Origin: an uncultured Gammaproteobacteria bacterium
Lineage (GTDB): Bacteria; Pseudomonadota; Gammaproteobacteria; Eutrophobiales; Eutrophobiaceae
NCBI GenBank assembly: GCA_938084745.1
Contig: CALKEZ010000022.1
Coordinates: 24,140-88,139 of the forward strand
Reading direction: 5' to 3'
Length of the DNA stretch: 64,000 nt
A program made the translations under genes and the position numbers. Under the pieces are notes generated by a model. That model searched no databases. It was not told the origin of the DNA and saw nothing but the letters and a program-made list of their open reading frames with translations. Positions 62,165 through 64,000 of this stretch are shown one piece after another; the first letter of the stretch is position 1; each line of letters opens with the position of its first letter.

Positions 62165-63457
62165 ATGTCATTTACTATTCTTGATCTTAATGACACGAAT
62201 ATCCGAGTCGGTAGCGGTAGCCAAATACTGCTCAATAGTCCCGGTTATGCCGTCATTAAAGATAACAAGATCGCCTTTGGTGAACCGGCGGCGAAACTAA
62301 CACGCATTTATCCACGCAGTACGCATGATGATTTTTGGTATCGCCTTGGTCAGGAGAGCATCCAATCCATATCCAGCCAAATTCGACATAATGCCGACCT
62401 GGCTTATATGCAATTGGCCGAAATTTATGAACAAACCGGAAAACCATCCAGTTGGTTGATCGCGGTACCATCAAGCTTCACGCAGGAACAACTGGGGTTA
62501 CTGCTGGGACTTTTAAAAGCAGCGTCTTTTCAGGACGTTAAACTTATCGATAGCGCATTACTCGCATCAACCCATGCCTTAAGTGAAGGTGAGTATTTGC
62601 ATCTGGATATACAGTTACACCAATCTGTACTCACACGTCTTGAAAGTGGTAACAAGCATAAAGTAATTTCAACAGAGGTGTTGCCAGATGTTGGAATACT
62701 GAATATATATGAACATTGTGCAAAATTGATCAGTCATGAATTTATTAATCAATCACGCTTTGACCCACATCACAATGCGGAAACGGAACAACTACTCTTC
62801 GACAAAATACCCGACTGCCTGAAAAAGCTAACGCACTCCTCGATAAGTAAAGTTGATATCCAGTACCACGCACAATCTCATAGTGCCAACATCAGTCGCG
62901 AAGCAATACTGGAAAAAATATCACCACTTTATGACATTATTTATAAAACTATTGCTGATTCTGACCAATTATTATTAAGTCATCGTTTTACTAATTTGCC
63001 TGAATTTTCTGATCGTGTTAGCAATACCAATATACTTGATGAATTTGCCTTGTTCACATCGGCTAAAGACTATAGTCATTTTTTACGTGACACGGAACCT
63101 GATGCAAATTATTTATCTGAATTACCCTCGTTAGCAACAGCAGAAAAACCGGTATCTTTTGCTTTAGAAAATACTGAACAAACAGATATCACCCATATCT
63201 TGATCGATAATACGGCCCACTTACTCGATGGACATGATTGTTTTTTTACCGCCGGGCACACTATTGAAAAAGCGCTAAGCGAGAATAGCCATTACTCTGT
63301 TCATTTCAGTAACGGTTACTATTGTATACAACCGGAAAATAATGCCCGCGTATCTCTAAACGACGAAGTCATTAAGCAACGGGTACAGCTCAGTATAGGA
63401 GACAGAATAAAAACAACAGCTACCAAGACCTATTCAACCTTGATCAAGGTGAAATAA
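62165..63457 (+). CDS. cytoplasmic Hsp70/actin-fold (DnaK NBD-like) protein with a possible degenerate FHA-like C-terminus
   Basis: ILDLNDTNIRVG...IAFGEPAAKLTRIYPRSTHDDFWYRLG parallels the DnaK GIDLGTTNS...LVGQPAKRQAVTNPQNT...KRLIG. LIAVPSSFTQEQLGLLLGLLKAASFQDVKLIDSALLAS parallels [37 protein letters not shown]. The C-terminus is YCIQPENNARVSLNDEVI...LSIGDRI. Confidence 0.55.
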   Translation: MSFTILDLNDTNIRVGSGSQILLNSPGYAVIKDNKIAFGEPAAKLTRIYPRSTHDDFWYRLGQESIQSISSQIRHNADLAYMQLAEIYEQTGKPSSWLIAVPSSFTQEQLGLLLGLLKAASFQDVKLIDSALLASTHALSEGEYLHLDIQLHQSVLTRLESGNKHKVISTEVLPDVGILNIYEHCAKLISHEFINQSRFDPHHNAETEQLLFDKIPDCLKKLTHSSISKVDIQYHAQSHSANISREAILEKISPLYDIIYKTIADSDQLLLSHRFTNLPEFSDRVSNTNILDEFALFTSAKDYSHFLRDTEPDANYLSELPSLATAEKPVSFALENTEQTDITHILIDNTAHLLDGHDCFFTAGHTIEKALSENSHYSVHFSNGYYCIQPENNARVSLNDEVIKQRVQLSIGDRIKTTATKTYSTLIKVK

Positions 63458-63460
63458 AAA

Positions 63461-64000
63461 ATGGCCCGCAACCGGCGCCAACTTACGCCGTTTAGTCTGT
63501 CATTTCTGGATATTATGTCGTGTGGTTTTGGTGCTGCAGTATTGTTGTTTCTAATCATCAAGCACAATATCGATAGTGGTGTACCATCGCCACAAAATAC
63601 TCGCAGCCCGGACCTTCAATCTGAAATATCATTGCTGGAGGATGAAATAAAATCAGGCGAAAAAAATCTTGTTGAAATAAAAAATACTGTCGATGAAATT
63701 GAGCAAGAGATCGTCATCACTCAGGGGCTTGCCCGAAAAGTCACTGAGGAAATAGAAGAGCTCAATGGGCGTCAAAATGAATTAAAGGCAAGCAGTGACG
63801 ACTCGGAACTTGCTGCCCTCAAGAATGAACTCATCAGACTTGAACAACAGAAAAATATCCTCGCAAAAAAACTGGATGAACGCGGTGAGGCATCGCGCAG
63901 GTTCGCGGGAGATGGTGACCGCGCCTATGTCACCGGATTGAAAATGAACGGCAAACGCTTATTGGTATTGGTCGACAGCTCTGCCAGCATGCTCGATGAA
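63461..64000 (+). CDS. ExbD/TolR-like TM helix + coiled coil + vWA domain protein (3' end beyond the window)
   Basis: Own translation: MARNRRQLTPFSLSFLDIMSCGFGAAVLLFLII..., then about 110 aa of E/K/L-rich heptads, then GKRLLVLVDSSASMLDE (the vWA beta1 strand plus a DxSxS MIDAS motif). There is no stop before position 64000. Confidence 0.65.
   Translation, partial: MARNRRQLTPFSLSFLDIMSCGFGAAVLLFLIIKHNIDSGVPSPQNTRSPDLQSEISLLEDEIKSGEKNLVEIKNTVDEIEQEIVITQGLARKVTEEIEELNGRQNELKASSDDSELAALKNELIRLEQQKNILAKKLDERGEASRRFAGDGDRAYVTGLKMNGKRLLVLVDSSASMLDE

Overview
This 64-kb segment looks like chromosome from a moderately AT-rich gammaproteobacterium. I count about 70 protein-coding genes and one tRNA-Thr(UGU). 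I saw no rRNA, CRISPR array, transposase, integrase or phage genes. The backbone is conserved housekeeping synteny: cobB (partial), mltC, cbpA-cbpM, rph-rdgB...hemW (interrupted by an RND efflux pair), yicC, gmk-rpoZ-spoT-ridA-recG, ubiC-ubiA, an M14 peptidase / L,D-transpeptidase / TPR group, tRNA-Thr, SPOR-coaX-birA, a rhodanese, and cysH / cysB-like / tauE. On top of this sits an unusually dense set of eukaryote-like signalling modules. There are two Hanks-type Ser/Thr kinases, one fused to a cNMP-binding domain and one a receptor type with a Cache-like ectodomain. There are three clear FHA proteins: two paralogues sharing an unknown N-terminal module, and one vWA-TM-FHA protein. No partner phosphatase is visible. 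The best candidate for an undescribed system is a tightly packed operon of at least 8 genes from 55.6 kb to the 3' window edge. It encodes two lipoproteins, a TM-TPR protein, a PEGA-repeat protein with an FGE-like domain that lacks the catalytic cysteines, and a small acidic secreted protein. It also encodes a MotA/ExbB-type channel, an Hsp70/actin-fold protein with an FHA-like tail, and an ExbD-like TM helix fused to a coiled coil and a vWA domain. All family assignments come from by-eye motif recognition on the supplied ORF translations plus my own translation of the two edge-truncated ORFs. They need HMM or structure searches for confirmation.
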